From Abditibacterium sp. (GTDB lineage: Bacteria > Armatimonadota > Abditibacteriia > Abditibacteriales > Abditibacteriaceae), in the NCBI GenBank assembly GCA_965246885.1, contig OZ251992.1, positions 2,880,001-2,944,000 on the forward strand: 64,000 nt of DNA, written 5' to 3'. Below the pieces are notes generated by a model. It ran no database searches and was not told where the DNA came from. It worked only from the letters and a program-made list of their open reading frames with translations. This document shows, in pieces, positions 7,897 to 17,506 of the stretch (positions are counted from its first letter, which is position 1; each line of letters begins with the position of its first letter). Made by a program: the position numbers and the translations under genes.

Positions 7897-10278
7897 CTAA
7901 AAAGAGTGTCCAATTTCAAGGGAAAAGGTGGTGTTCTTGCGCGGGGCTTCGCCCACAGTGAAGTTAGGCTGGTCGGTGGAGACATACGTCGCGCGGCCTG
8001 TCAGCACCAAATTGCGGCGCAAATCATAGGCGAGCGCGAAGCGCCCGACTTGCTGGCGGGAAAAGCCGCGCCCACCCACGACGGCACTCGCTTCGTCTTG
8101 CGAGTTGATGTCGGCGAACTGAATACTGCCAAAAGCAGTGAGCTTGGGCATCAAGCGGAAATAGCCATCGGCGCGCAACGATTCGGCGCCGCCGAAGTTA
8201 GTCGGGAAGCGCGGCGCGATGGGCAAGCCAAGCGGCGCCCCGCGCTGGTAGTAGAAATAGTCAGCGTCGCGCACGCCTTGCAAATAGGCGAGGTACGAAA
8301 TCGAGTTGAGGCGCGAGTATTCCAGCGTCAGGCCCGCGCGCTTGGGGTCGGAGGGCGTGAACAGTTGCACGCCGATGGTGCTCCCGTTGCGGTTTTCGAT
8401 GTTGTTCTTGGCGTTGGTGGCGAGGTCATCGAGCACGATTTCGCCGTAGGTGCGCACGCCGCGCGCAACACCAGTTTCAGCGTAAGCCGAAACGACCGCG
8501 TTGGTGCCGCTTTCGGCGGCGGTGAGCGTGGGACGGTCAATCAAATACAGCGAAACAGGCGTGAAAGCGCCAAAGAAGTCTTTGGCCTTGAAGCCCGACT
8601 TGGGGGCAAGCAGGGTGTTGGCGACGCCCACGCGCGTGGTGTTGCCGATCTTCACGCTCAAGTTTTGGCCGTAAAGCGAACGCTGGCCGCCCACAGGCCC
8701 GCGACCCAAGCGCGCGTACAAACTCTCGAAGCGATACGAGCCGCGCTCGAACTTGGCCGAGAACCCATCCAAGCCGCCCGCCGCGTCGCCCAACAGCGAG
8801 GTGCCAAAACTGCCCACGCCCCAATAATACTCTTTGCGCCCGATGTCGAAACTCAGGCCGCGCACGAACTTTCCGGCGTCGTAGGATAAATACGCTTTGC
8901 GAAACGTGGACTGACTTCCGCCGCCTTGCACTAACTTGGTGCCGGTGTCAACCGAGCCGTAGAAGTTGAGACTGCTACCGACCGTGCCGAACACGTTGAG
9001 ACGCGAGTCAACGCCCGACTTGAGGCGTCCGGCGCCGTATTGCTCCTCGAACGGAAGCAAGGTGTTCGCCTTGACGCCGCCCTCGGCGCGGGCGCGGGTG
9101 AAACCGGACACGCCGACGGAAAACTTGCCGCTTGCGCCCGCCTCATCGAGGCGGCTGTCTTCAACGCCTAATTTTTGCAAGTCGCGCCGGAAGTCGCGCG
9201 TCAAAATCGCCAAGCCCGCCGACGAGCGACCGCGTTCGTCCTCGTCAGCGTTGTCGAGCGCCTCGCGGATAAAGCCCGCGATTTGGGCGCGCGACAGGAT
9301 AATGTCTTCGGCATAGCGATGGCGACGCGCGCCATCGTCTTGAAAGGTGCTGGCAGGCTGCGACTTGATTAGTCCCCGCGCCGCGAGGGACGCCAGCAGT
9401 TCGTAGGTGCGGTCGGCCTTGGGGACGGACGTATTGGAAGCGCCGGTTTCAAACGGAACAGCGACTCCGGTGGACGAACCAACTGCCCCGGTGGACAATT
9501 GACCTGTATGCGCCGACGGTTGACCTGTACGCGCCGACGGTTGGCCTGTACGCGCCGACGGTTGGCCTGTACGCGCCGACGATCCATTTATGTCGGTGAG
9601 CGCCGTAACTACATCGGCGGTTGAAAGAACTGTACCGCTCTCCGAGTAAACGAGGTTGCCCGTCGCGCGATTTGCCTCCACAATGCCGAGCTTGACGAGC
9701 GCCACGATGTCGGCGCCGCGCAGAACGGGAAGCGTTTGGCCCGCTTGCAACCCTTGGGCGCTTCCCGCTCCGACCGAAACGACGGCCCCGTTGATGGCGG
9801 TGATGGGCACCGTCGCGCCGCCCGATGCAACGGGCGCGGGCGCTAACATTTCAGGAGTCCGCGTGTCGGTCGGGTTTGTCGCAGTGCTGTCCAATGGCCC
9901 CGATGGAGCGGGCACTGTTGGCGCGGGCGGCAGGGCTTCGACATCCACAAAGCGCACGGTTTCGCCCAACACGGTCGCGCCCGGAGCGAGCGAGATCACG
10001 CGGCAAAGGGAGTCGTCCGTCCGCACTTGGATGATTTGCGCGCGCAACACTTCGGCGCCGTTTTGCGAAAGCGCGTAAATCGTCCCGATGATGGCGCCGT
10101 CCTTTTGCCCGATGGCAAGGGTGGCGCTTTGCGCGCTGATTTGTGAAACGACCGCAGTTTTGGGCGCCGTTGCCGCTTCTTGCGCGCGCACGGCGCAAAC
10201 CAACGGGGGCGCCGCAACGAGTAATGGCAGCGTTAGTAAGAAGGGCAGGAAGCGCCGCGAGGAACAATGGAAGGTCAT
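7897..10278 (-). CDS. Outer-membrane protein: N-terminal beta-domains, SLH-like segment, stalk and Wzi-like beta-barrel
   Basis: Signal peptide from ATG 10278 (AVRA-QE). SLH-like YELLASLAARGLI...TF...SRAQIA, stalk LTRDFRRDLQKLGV, Wzi-like GRKEYYWGVG, terminal F. Confidence 0.7.
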   Translation of the reverse strand: MTFHCSSRRFLPFLLTLPLLVAAPPLVCAVRAQEAATAPKTAVVSQISAQSATLAIGQKDGAIIGTIYALSQNGAEVLRAQIIQVRTDDSLCRVISLAPGATVLGETVRFVDVEALPPAPTVPAPSGPLDSTATNPTDTRTPEMLAPAPVASGGATVPITAINGAVVSVGAGSAQGLQAGQTLPVLRGADIVALVKLGIVEANRATGNLVYSESGTVLSTADVVTALTDINGSSARTGQPSARTGQPSARTGQPSAHTGQLSTGAVGSSTGVAVPFETGASNTSVPKADRTYELLASLAARGLIKSQPASTFQDDGARRHRYAEDIILSRAQIAGFIREALDNADEDERGRSSAGLAILTRDFRRDLQKLGVEDSRLDEAGASGKFSVGVSGFTRARAEGGVKANTLLPFEEQYGAGRLKSGVDSRLNVFGTVGSSLNFYGSVDTGTKLVQGGGSQSTFRKAYLSYDAGKFVRGLSFDIGRKEYYWGVGSFGTSLLGDAAGGLDGFSAKFERGSYRFESLYARLGRGPVGGQRSLYGQNLSVKIGNTTRVGVANTLLAPKSGFKAKDFFGAFTPVSLYLIDRPTLTAAESGTNAVVSAYAETGVARGVRTYGEIVLDDLATNAKNNIENRNGSTIGVQLFTPSDPKRAGLTLEYSRLNSISYLAYLQGVRDADYFYYQRGAPLGLPIAPRFPTNFGGAESLRADGYFRLMPKLTAFGSIQFADINSQDEASAVVGGRGFSRQQVGRFALAYDLRRNLVLTGRATYVSTDQPNFTVGEAPRKNTTFSLEIGHSF
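9499..9582. repeat. Intragenic tandem repeat, 4 x 21 bp (encodes SARTGQP repeats)
   Basis: TTGRCCTGTAYGCGCCGACGG x4, units at 9499, 9520, 9541, 9562. Confidence 0.95.
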
Positions 10279-10385
10279 AGGTGGACAAAGAGGCGTTTCT
10301 CGGATGGCTTTCCGAAACGCAAATTCGCGCGCGAGTTTGGCAAAACGGGCGGGTGTCGGCAAAACCGGTGTTTGTTTCAGCACTT

Positions 10386-10736
10386 TTAGGCGCTGGCCGC
10401 ATCCACTTCCACTTCCAACGCCCGGTATTCATCCAATAACTCCCAAAACAGCGCGAGCGCCGCCGCTTCGTCGCCGTCCGTGTGCTTCAAAATCGTGTGC
10501 GAGTAACCCCAATTGGCATTGCCGTAACCCAGCTTGCGCGTTACCCATGCATGAAAAGACGGCAACTCACGCGAGTGTTCGCGCCAAAGCCCAACGCGCT
10601 CGACTTCAATGTTGTGAACGGCGAGAGCCACATCGAAGCCCGTAAAAAAGTGCTGTAAGCCCGTGAGCGTCGGCACGCCCAAATACATTCCGGGTTTTGC
10701 GCGCAGGGTTTCGAGAAGTTCGTCTGTTTTCGACAC
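10386..10736 (-). CDS. Hypothetical protein (116 aa)
   Basis: Compact ORF with KPGMYLG..L..L..F..G and F..WV...GW/Y patterns; function not recognised. Confidence 0.7.
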   Translation of the reverse strand: MSKTDELLETLRAKPGMYLGVPTLTGLQHFFTGFDVALAVHNIEVERVGLWREHSRELPSFHAWVTRKLGYGNANWGYSHTILKHTDGDEAAALALFWELLDEYRALEVEVDAASA

Positions 10737-10774
10737 GCCGAGGGGTCTACCACAACGCCGTCAAACTTCCTCTC

Positions 10775-11308
10775 ATGTCACCCCGTCTCCAAGCCGACGC
10801 TTGCGCGCTTCTCATCGTGGATGTTCAGACCCGCCTGTTGCCCGAAATGTGGGAAGCGCAGCGCATCGAGCGCAACATCGGGATGCTCGCGCGCATGGCG
10901 CGGCGGCTTGCGATTCCGGTCGTCGTGTCGGAGCAGAACCCCGACAAATTGGGGCACACAGTCGCGTCCTTGGCGGACGCGATAGGGGAGTTTACGGCGC
11001 TCGCCAAGATGAAATTTTCAGCGTTCGAGGCAGTTGAGGCGCAACTGGAGCGGCCTCAGGTGCTGCTGTGCGGCTTAGAAGCGCATATCTGCGTCAGTCA
11101 GACCGCGCTTGATTTGCTCGATGCGGGCAAGACCGTCTTCGCGGTTTACGATGCCATCTCGTCGCGGCAGGACTGGAACCGCGCGGTGGGGTGGCAACGG
11201 ATGATGGGCGCGGGCGCGCTTCCGACTTCGACGGAAGCGGCGCTTTATGAGTTGGTCGGCGAAGCCGGAAACGACGACTTCCGCGCGCTGCTTGCGCTCG
11301 TGAAGTAG
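10775..11308 (+). CDS. Isochorismatase-family hydrolase
   Basis: LLIVDVQ, SEQNP..LG, KMKFS, GLEAHICVSQTALDLL. Confidence 0.9.
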   Translation: MSPRLQADACALLIVDVQTRLLPEMWEAQRIERNIGMLARMARRLAIPVVVSEQNPDKLGHTVASLADAIGEFTALAKMKFSAFEAVEAQLERPQVLLCGLEAHICVSQTALDLLDAGKTVFAVYDAISSRQDWNRAVGWQRMMGAGALPTSTEAALYELVGEAGNDDFRALLALVK

Positions 11309-11398
11309 ATTCTCTTCTTCTCATCGCAAGCGGGCGCGCGGGTGGAACCATCCGAAAATCTTTGCACCCGTCCGAGGCCGCTTGCGGTCACTTCTTCC

Positions 11399-13033
11399 AT
11401 GACACCACTTCTGCCCCTTGACCTGTCGCGCCTACCAGTGCGCGATTTCGATTTTCTAATTGTCGGCTCCGGCGTCGCGGGGCTGTCGTGCGCTTTGGAG
11501 TTGTCCGAGCATGGCAGCGTGGCCGTCCTCACCAAGGAGGATATAAAGAACGGCTCGACGCAGTGGGCGCAGGGCGGCATCGCGGCGGTTTTAGCGCCTG
11601 AACCGCTCGATTCGCCCGCGATGCACCAAGCGGACACTGAGTTCGCGGGCGCGGGATTGAGCGATCCGGGCGCCGTGTCCGTCTTGGTCAGCGAAGGGCC
11701 AAAGCGTATCCGAGAGTTGATTGCGCGCGGGGCGCACTTCGATACGGAGCCGTCGGGCGAGTTGAAACTGACGCGCGAAGCCGCGCACGGCGCGCGGCGC
11801 ATCGTGCATGCGCAAGGCGACTCGACGGGGCGCGAAGTGCAGCGCTCCCTGTCCCAGTTGGCGTTCGACGACCCGCAGATTTCGGTCTTGGAGAACCATC
11901 TCACGGTGGACTTTTGGATACAGGACGGGCGCTGCTGCGGGGCTGTCGCGCTCGATGAACGGGGCAAGCCGACGCTCTTTCGCGCGCGCGCGACCATTGC
12001 CGCGACCGGGGGCATCGGCGCGCTGTATAAAGTGACGACTAACCCGCCCGTGTTGACGGGCGACGGGATGGCGATGGCGTTTCGCGCGGGCGCTGGGCTG
12101 ATGGACATGGAGTTCGTGCAATTCCACCCGACAGCCTTCGCGCTTGGCCCGTCCAACCCGAAGTTCCTCATCAGCGAGGCGGTGCGCGGCGAGGGCGCGC
12201 TGCTGATTAACGCGCGGGGCGAGCGCTTCATGCCGCGCTATCACGAGTTAGCAGAACTGGCGCCGCGCGATGTCGTGGCCCGCGCCATAGCGAGCGAGAT
12301 TCTGGACGGCGAGGCCGATTGCGTGTTTTTGGACTTGCGCGCCCAGACTGCGCAGGAGATAGCCGCACGCTTCCCGACCATTTATTCGACATGCGTGTCG
12401 TATGGCATTGACCCCGCGACGCAGCCCATCCCCGTTTCCCCGGCGGAGCACTACATGATGGGCGGCATCCGCACCGATATGGACGGCGCCACGAACGTTC
12501 CGGGGTTGCTGGCGTGCGGCGAGTGCGCTTGCACCGGTGTGCACGGCGCGAACCGGCTGGCGTCCAACTCGATGCTCGAAGGTCTCGTCTTTGGCATCCG
12601 CACCGTGAGCGCGGCCATCCGCAACCTCAGCCAAAGCGCCGCCCTGCCCACCCCGGCCAAGACCGAACAGCCCACACCCTTGGGGGCCGACTTCGAGAGG
12701 GAAACCCTCCAAGCCGCGCGCGAGCAACTGCAAGAGGCGATGTGGAAAGGCGTGGGCTTGGTGCGCGACGAAGCGGGGCTGTCTAAAACCCTGCGCCTCT
12801 TGAACGAACTCTACGCCCGCTTTGGGCACCCCGCCCTCAACCGCGACGCCATCGAACTGGCCAACACCATCGAGTGCGCGTGGCTCGTCATCCGCGCCGC
12901 CCTCGCGCGCAAGGAAAGCCGGGGCGCCCACTTCCGCCGCGATTACCCGGCTTTGGACGAGGCATGGCGGCACCATCTTCTATTGAGCGGCGAGCGGGAC
13001 GACCTAAAAGTAACGGCGGTGGAGGTGAAGTGA
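11399..13033 (+). CDS. nadB: L-aspartate oxidase
   Basis: IVGSGVAGL, STQWAQGGIAAV, QFHPT, LISEAVRGEG, ELAPRDVVARAI, GVHGANRLASNS, ESRGAHFR. Confidence 0.95.
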   Translation: MTPLLPLDLSRLPVRDFDFLIVGSGVAGLSCALELSEHGSVAVLTKEDIKNGSTQWAQGGIAAVLAPEPLDSPAMHQADTEFAGAGLSDPGAVSVLVSEGPKRIRELIARGAHFDTEPSGELKLTREAAHGARRIVHAQGDSTGREVQRSLSQLAFDDPQISVLENHLTVDFWIQDGRCCGAVALDERGKPTLFRARATIAATGGIGALYKVTTNPPVLTGDGMAMAFRAGAGLMDMEFVQFHPTAFALGPSNPKFLISEAVRGEGALLINARGERFMPRYHELAELAPRDVVARAIASEILDGEADCVFLDLRAQTAQEIAARFPTIYSTCVSYGIDPATQPIPVSPAEHYMMGGIRTDMDGATNVPGLLACGECACTGVHGANRLASNSMLEGLVFGIRTVSAAIRNLSQSAALPTPAKTEQPTPLGADFERETLQAAREQLQEAMWKGVGLVRDEAGLSKTLRLLNELYARFGHPALNRDAIELANTIECAWLVIRAALARKESRGAHFRRDYPALDEAWRHHLLLSGERDDLKVTAVEVK

Positions 13034-13314
13034 AACGGTTTCTATCGCGGGTCGTGAACGGTTGGACGGGCGCTTTAGTGGGCGCCCTTTTTAGCCGCGT
13101 GATGATCTGGTGGACATGGATGGGCGGAGAATACGGCGAGGGAGGCGAGCCATTCAGCAGCCAACTCCGCGTCTTCTGGCGGTTTGAAAGTTGGCTGTTG
13201 CCCGCAAGCGCGGCAATCATTGGCATCTGCGCTCTCCTTTTCCGCTACGTTGGCGTTTGCTTGCGCTCACCCGAAGAGAACCAACGCGAGCCGCCGCCCA
13301 TCGCCGCGCCGTGA
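13030..13314 (+). CDS. Small membrane protein (94 aa)
   Basis: GTG overlaps the nadB stop (GTGA); two hydrophobic segments. Confidence 0.55.
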   Translation: MKRFLSRVVNGWTGALVGALFSRVMIWWTWMGGEYGEGGEPFSSQLRVFWRFESWLLPASAAIIGICALLFRYVGVCLRSPEENQREPPPIAAP

Positions 13315-13336
13315 GAGGCATACACTGAGGGGCACG

Positions 13337-13915
13337 ATGACATCTGTTGTAACCCTGCTGGAGCGCCGCAAAACGTGGACGGTCGAGGAGATCGAGCGGC
13401 TGACGGACTTGGGCGCGTTCGGCGACGCGAAGTTCGAGCTAATCGAAGGGGACTTAATTGAAACCATGCCGCAAAACCAACCGCACTTCAACGCCCTTTT
13501 GCTGATGCAATACAAGCTGCTTTCTTTGTTTGGCCAAGGCTTTTTGGTAATGGCGCAACTGCCGATACAAACCGCCAACTCCAAGCCCGAACCTGACCTG
13601 TGCGTGGTCGAGGGCGTGCCGCGCGGTCGCATCGAAATCCCGACGACCGCTCTGCTTGTCGTCGAAGTCGCCGACACGACGCTGGCGGGCGACCGCGACG
13701 TGAAATCCCACCTCTACGCCCGCGCGCTGGTGCCGGAGTATTGGATTGTTAATCTGAACGCGCGCCAAATCGAGGTGCGGCGCGACCCGCGCGCGGACGA
13801 ATCGGCGCCCCTTGGTTGGACGTATGGCGCGTTGCAAACCCTTGACGCGACGGACTCCATCGCGGCTTTGGCGCGGCCCGATGCGCCGTTTGCCGTCGCC
13901 GACGTGCTGCCTTAA
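13337..13915 (+). CDS. Uma2 (DUF820)-family putative endonuclease
   Basis: ELIEG, PEPDL, LVVEVAD, DRDVK..LYA..VPEYWIVNL. Confidence 0.9.
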   Translation: MTSVVTLLERRKTWTVEEIERLTDLGAFGDAKFELIEGDLIETMPQNQPHFNALLLMQYKLLSLFGQGFLVMAQLPIQTANSKPEPDLCVVEGVPRGRIEIPTTALLVVEVADTTLAGDRDVKSHLYARALVPEYWIVNLNARQIEVRRDPRADESAPLGWTYGALQTLDATDSIAALARPDAPFAVADVLP

Positions 13916-13984
13916 CGCACCTTTTCGGAAACCGTAAACCGCCAAAGGGGAGCCGCGTTGTAAAATTCCCTCGTCCCAAACACT

Positions 13985-15259
13985 ATGTCCACTACCGTAT
14001 CCGTCCAACACGACGTAAAAGACCTGAGCCTCGCTGACCAAGGGCGCGACGCCATCGAATGGGCCGACAAGCAAATGCCCGTCCTCGCGCTTATCCGCGA
14101 GCGCTTCGAGCGCGAAAAGCCGCTCGCGGGCGTCACGCTCGCCGCTTGCTTGCACGTCACGACCGAGACCGCCGGACTGATGCGCACCCTCAAAGCGGGC
14201 GGCGCCGAGGTTTTCTTGGCCGCGTCCAACCCACTTTCCACGCAGGACACCACCGCCGCCGCGCTCGTGCAGCATTACGGCATCCACACCTTCGCCATTT
14301 GCGGCGAGGGCAACGACTCCTACTATTCGCACATCAAAGCTATTTGCGATGCCAAGCCTCTCATGACGATGGACGATGGCGCCGACGTTGTTTCGTATCT
14401 CCACAAAGAGCGCCAAGACGTGCTTGAAGGCATCATCGGCGGCACCGAGGAAACCACGACCGGCGTCATTCGCTTGCGCGCGATGGAAGCGGACAATGTG
14501 CTCAAATACCCCATCGTGGCCGTCAACGACGCTTCGACCAAGCACCTCTTCGACAACCGCTACGGCACCGGCCAATCGGTGATGGACGCCATCATGCGCG
14601 CCACCAACCTGCTCATTGCGGGCAAAGTCTTCGTCGTCGCGGGCTACGGCTGGTGCGGCAAGGGTGTCGCGTCGCGCGCGGCGGGCTTAGGCGCGAGCGT
14701 GATTGTCACCGAAGTCAACCCCATCGCCGCCCTCGAAGCGGTCATGGACGGCTTCCGCGTGATGACGATGATGGAAGCCGCGCCCTTGGCCGACATCGTA
14801 GTCACCGTGACCGGCGACACGACAGTGGTTTCGGGCGAAGTCTTTGGCGCCCTGAAAGACGGGGCGATTGTTGCCAACGCAGGCCACTTCAACGTTGAAC
14901 TCGACCTGACGGCGCTCGAAGCGCAAACCACCGCGCGCAAGCTCATTCGCGGCTTTATCGAGGAATTCAAACTGCGCAACGGGCGCGCGGTGTATATTCT
15001 GGGCGAGGGCCGCTTGGTCAACCTCGCTGCCGCCGAAGGGCACCCGCCCGCCGTGATGGACATGAGTTTCGCCAATCAAGCCTTGTGCGCCGAATACATG
15101 ATGCATAACGCCAAGACGCTCGAAAAGAAGGTCTACTCGGTGCCCCTGCCCATTGACCAAGAGATTGCGCGTTTGAAACTGGTCTCGATGGGCGTTTCGA
15201 TTGACAAGCTAACCGCCAAGCAAGAGAAGTATCTGGCCTCGTGGGAAGAAGGGACGTGA
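13985..15259 (+). CDS. ahcY: Adenosylhomocysteinase
   Basis: [49 protein letters not shown]. Confidence 0.97.
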   Translation: MSTTVSVQHDVKDLSLADQGRDAIEWADKQMPVLALIRERFEREKPLAGVTLAACLHVTTETAGLMRTLKAGGAEVFLAASNPLSTQDTTAAALVQHYGIHTFAICGEGNDSYYSHIKAICDAKPLMTMDDGADVVSYLHKERQDVLEGIIGGTEETTTGVIRLRAMEADNVLKYPIVAVNDASTKHLFDNRYGTGQSVMDAIMRATNLLIAGKVFVVAGYGWCGKGVASRAAGLGASVIVTEVNPIAALEAVMDGFRVMTMMEAAPLADIVVTVTGDTTVVSGEVFGALKDGAIVANAGHFNVELDLTALEAQTTARKLIRGFIEEFKLRNGRAVYILGEGRLVNLAAAEGHPPAVMDMSFANQALCAEYMMHNAKTLEKKVYSVPLPIDQEIARLKLVSMGVSIDKLTAKQEKYLASWEEGT

Positions 15260-15319
15260 GCGACTGGTGCGGGGCAAGCATTGCCCTGTCCCGCATCCCT
15301 TTTCCTACATTGACTTTCC

Positions 15320-17263
15320 ATGATTCTCACGGTGTTGCTGGCGGCGGCAGTTCTGAGCGCGTTCGGGTTTGCGGCGGCGGCGCCTTTTCGCAGCAGGGTC
15401 GGGCTTCGTCCCGATGGGGCCGCGTTCGTGGGCGCGGTGCTGTTGCCTCTTGTAGTAGCGTGGTGGTTCGCGCAGTATGGAGCACCGGGGAGTATCAGCG
15501 ACGCCTCGTCTCCCGATGCCCTCACGAATCAGTCGCTTTGGACGCCGGAACTCATCATCGGCTGGAAGTTCGCGCTCCTCACGCTGGGCGTATATGTGCT
15601 TTCGGTGCTACGGGTCATCGGGCGTTTTCCAGTTTGGGTGGCTGACGTATTGGTACTGGGCGCGGCGTGGGCGGCGGTAAAAGCGGCGCCGGACACGCTC
15701 TTATCACTGCGCTCCAGTTCGTTGGGCGACGCGCCCCCTTTGCTGCTTGTCCTTGGCAGGCACGATTTCACGCCGCTTTTGGCGGTAGTATGGGTGTGGG
15801 CGGTGGCGCGCATGAGCGCGTCGTTGTCGCGGCTTCCGGCGGTGCCGTCGGGCTATATAGGCTTAGTCGCTGGTCTGGTGCTGTTGCTGGCGGGCGGTCT
15901 GCGGGCCGGAAACGCATCGTTCGCACCGTTCGCGTGCGCGGGATTGTACGGCGCGGGGCTGACGATTTTCGTCCTCGCGCTCAAGCAACCGACCGCGCGC
16001 GTGGGATGGGCAGCGAGTTTGGCTGGCGGGTTTCTGCTGGGCATTGCGTCGGCGCAAGGTGCGCTCAACACCACTCTACCCGCCGCGCTGTGCTTTGCAG
16101 CTTTGGCTCTGGGGCTACCGATCGTCAACTTCTTCATCGTTGGCCTGCGCTATCGCATCCGAGGCAAGGCGCTCGAACCGGGCCGATCTTGGGTGCGGCT
16201 TGATTACGCCCTCTCGCGGCGCGGCGTGCCGCCCCGCAAAATCGCGAGCCTATTCTTTGGCATGAGCTTGTGGAGTTGCGCGCTCGCGTTCTTTGCGCTC
16301 CGATGGTTCTTTGGAAGCGATAGCGCAATATGGGGTCTGTTGCACGGCATCGTGTGGTTGCTTGCGCTGGGCGGCGGCGCGCTCGCGTTTTTCTCGCTTG
16401 CGCGCGTTCAAATGCGCCGCCGGATGGGGGAAGTTATCCCGCCGCGCCTCGAAGCGTTCGGCATCGAGATTTCGCCCGTTTCCATGCGCGAGGCGCTCGA
16501 CCAAATCGAAGACTTTATCGCGTCGGGGCGCCCACACCACGTCGTGACGAGCGATGCCAACGCGGTGCTGACTTCGCGCGACGACCCCGACTACACCCAG
16601 ATCGTGCGCCGCGCGGCGCTTGTCACCCCCGATGGTTTTGGCCTCGTGTGGGGCGCGCGCTTGCTCGGCCTCCCGATTTACGAGCGCGTAACGGGGGTGG
16701 ACATGGTGACTGGCATTTGCGAGCGCGCCGCCCGCAACGGACACCGCCTTTATATTCTGGGATCGGAAGACCCCATCGCGGAAACGGCGGCGCGCAAGTT
16801 GGCCGAGAAATACCCCGGCGCGACGTTTGTCGGCACCCATCACGGCTACTGGCGGCGCGAGGGGAAAGAACAGGGCCTTTCTGTTGAAGAAGCCGACGCG
16901 CGCATGGCCGACGAAATCCGCCGCGCCACTCCCGACGTGTTGTTCGTGGCAATGGGAATCCCAATGCAGGAGAAGTTCATCTCCGCGCAAATGGAACGCA
17001 TGAACGTCCCAGTATCTCTCGGCGTCGGTGGCTCGTTCGACGTTTACTCCGGCAAGTTCAACCGCGCGCCCGTCTTGGTGCAACGCATCGGCATGGAGTG
17101 GCTTTACCGGGTGTGGATAGACCCCTCGCGCTGGAAACGGATGGGCTACGTGCCCAAGTTCATGCTTATCGCCATTGGGACGTGGCTTACGCGCGGCAAG
17201 ACGACGCACCCGCTACATGCCGATGAGGTGCCACCAGTTCAGCACATACGGGAGAAAGAATAG
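15320..17263 (+). CDS. WecB/TagA/CpsF-family glycosyltransferase with a large N-terminal multi-TM domain
   Basis: C-terminal TPDGFG, ERVTGVD, LFVAMGIPMQE, GVGGSFDV, RAP...GMEWLYR...PSRWKR; N-terminal ~360 aa is hydrophobic. Confidence 0.88.
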   Translation: MILTVLLAAAVLSAFGFAAAAPFRSRVGLRPDGAAFVGAVLLPLVVAWWFAQYGAPGSISDASSPDALTNQSLWTPELIIGWKFALLTLGVYVLSVLRVIGRFPVWVADVLVLGAAWAAVKAAPDTLLSLRSSSLGDAPPLLLVLGRHDFTPLLAVVWVWAVARMSASLSRLPAVPSGYIGLVAGLVLLLAGGLRAGNASFAPFACAGLYGAGLTIFVLALKQPTARVGWAASLAGGFLLGIASAQGALNTTLPAALCFAALALGLPIVNFFIVGLRYRIRGKALEPGRSWVRLDYALSRRGVPPRKIASLFFGMSLWSCALAFFALRWFFGSDSAIWGLLHGIVWLLALGGGALAFFSLARVQMRRRMGEVIPPRLEAFGIEISPVSMREALDQIEDFIASGRPHHVVTSDANAVLTSRDDPDYTQIVRRAALVTPDGFGLVWGARLLGLPIYERVTGVDMVTGICERAARNGHRLYILGSEDPIAETAARKLAEKYPGATFVGTHHGYWRREGKEQGLSVEEADARMADEIRRATPDVLFVAMGIPMQEKFISAQMERMNVPVSLGVGGSFDVYSGKFNRAPVLVQRIGMEWLYRVWIDPSRWKRMGYVPKFMLIAIGTWLTRGKTTHPLHADEVPPVQHIREKE

Positions 17264-17416
17264 CACGATGCGAAACAGCGCGTAGGCGCCCAACACGCAC
17301 GCGGACGAGCCGATTGACCACGTAAGAACGAAATCAATGGCGGCCAGCACAGGATAACGGCGCTCGCGGTTCAGGTCGCGGCGCAGGCGTTGATGTTCAA
17401 GAAAGGGTGCGTTCAC
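17213..17416 (-). CDS. Possible small membrane protein
   Basis: AGGAG upstream of GTG and a hydrophobic C-terminal half, but it overlaps the convergent gene by ~50 bp. Confidence 0.35.
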   Translation of the reverse strand: MNAPFLEHQRLRRDLNRERRYPVLAAIDFVLTWSIGSSACVLGAYALFRIVLFFLPYVLNWWHLIGM

Positions 17417-17506
17417 TTTTGCTCCTATAACTCTGTTTTTGCCATATTTAGGGCGCCGTTTTTTGGGTAAGCGCCCGCCTGCGCCACTTCTTCACACACC
17501 GCCGCC

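Noticed and set aside
13337..13915. Uma2 gene as a defence system
   Set aside because: A lone gene from a commonly expanded family, with no partner genes nearby.
13916..13984. SAH riboswitch upstream of ahcY
   Set aside because: The spacer is only ~70 bp and lacks the recognisable GAGGAGCG...AGGCTC core.
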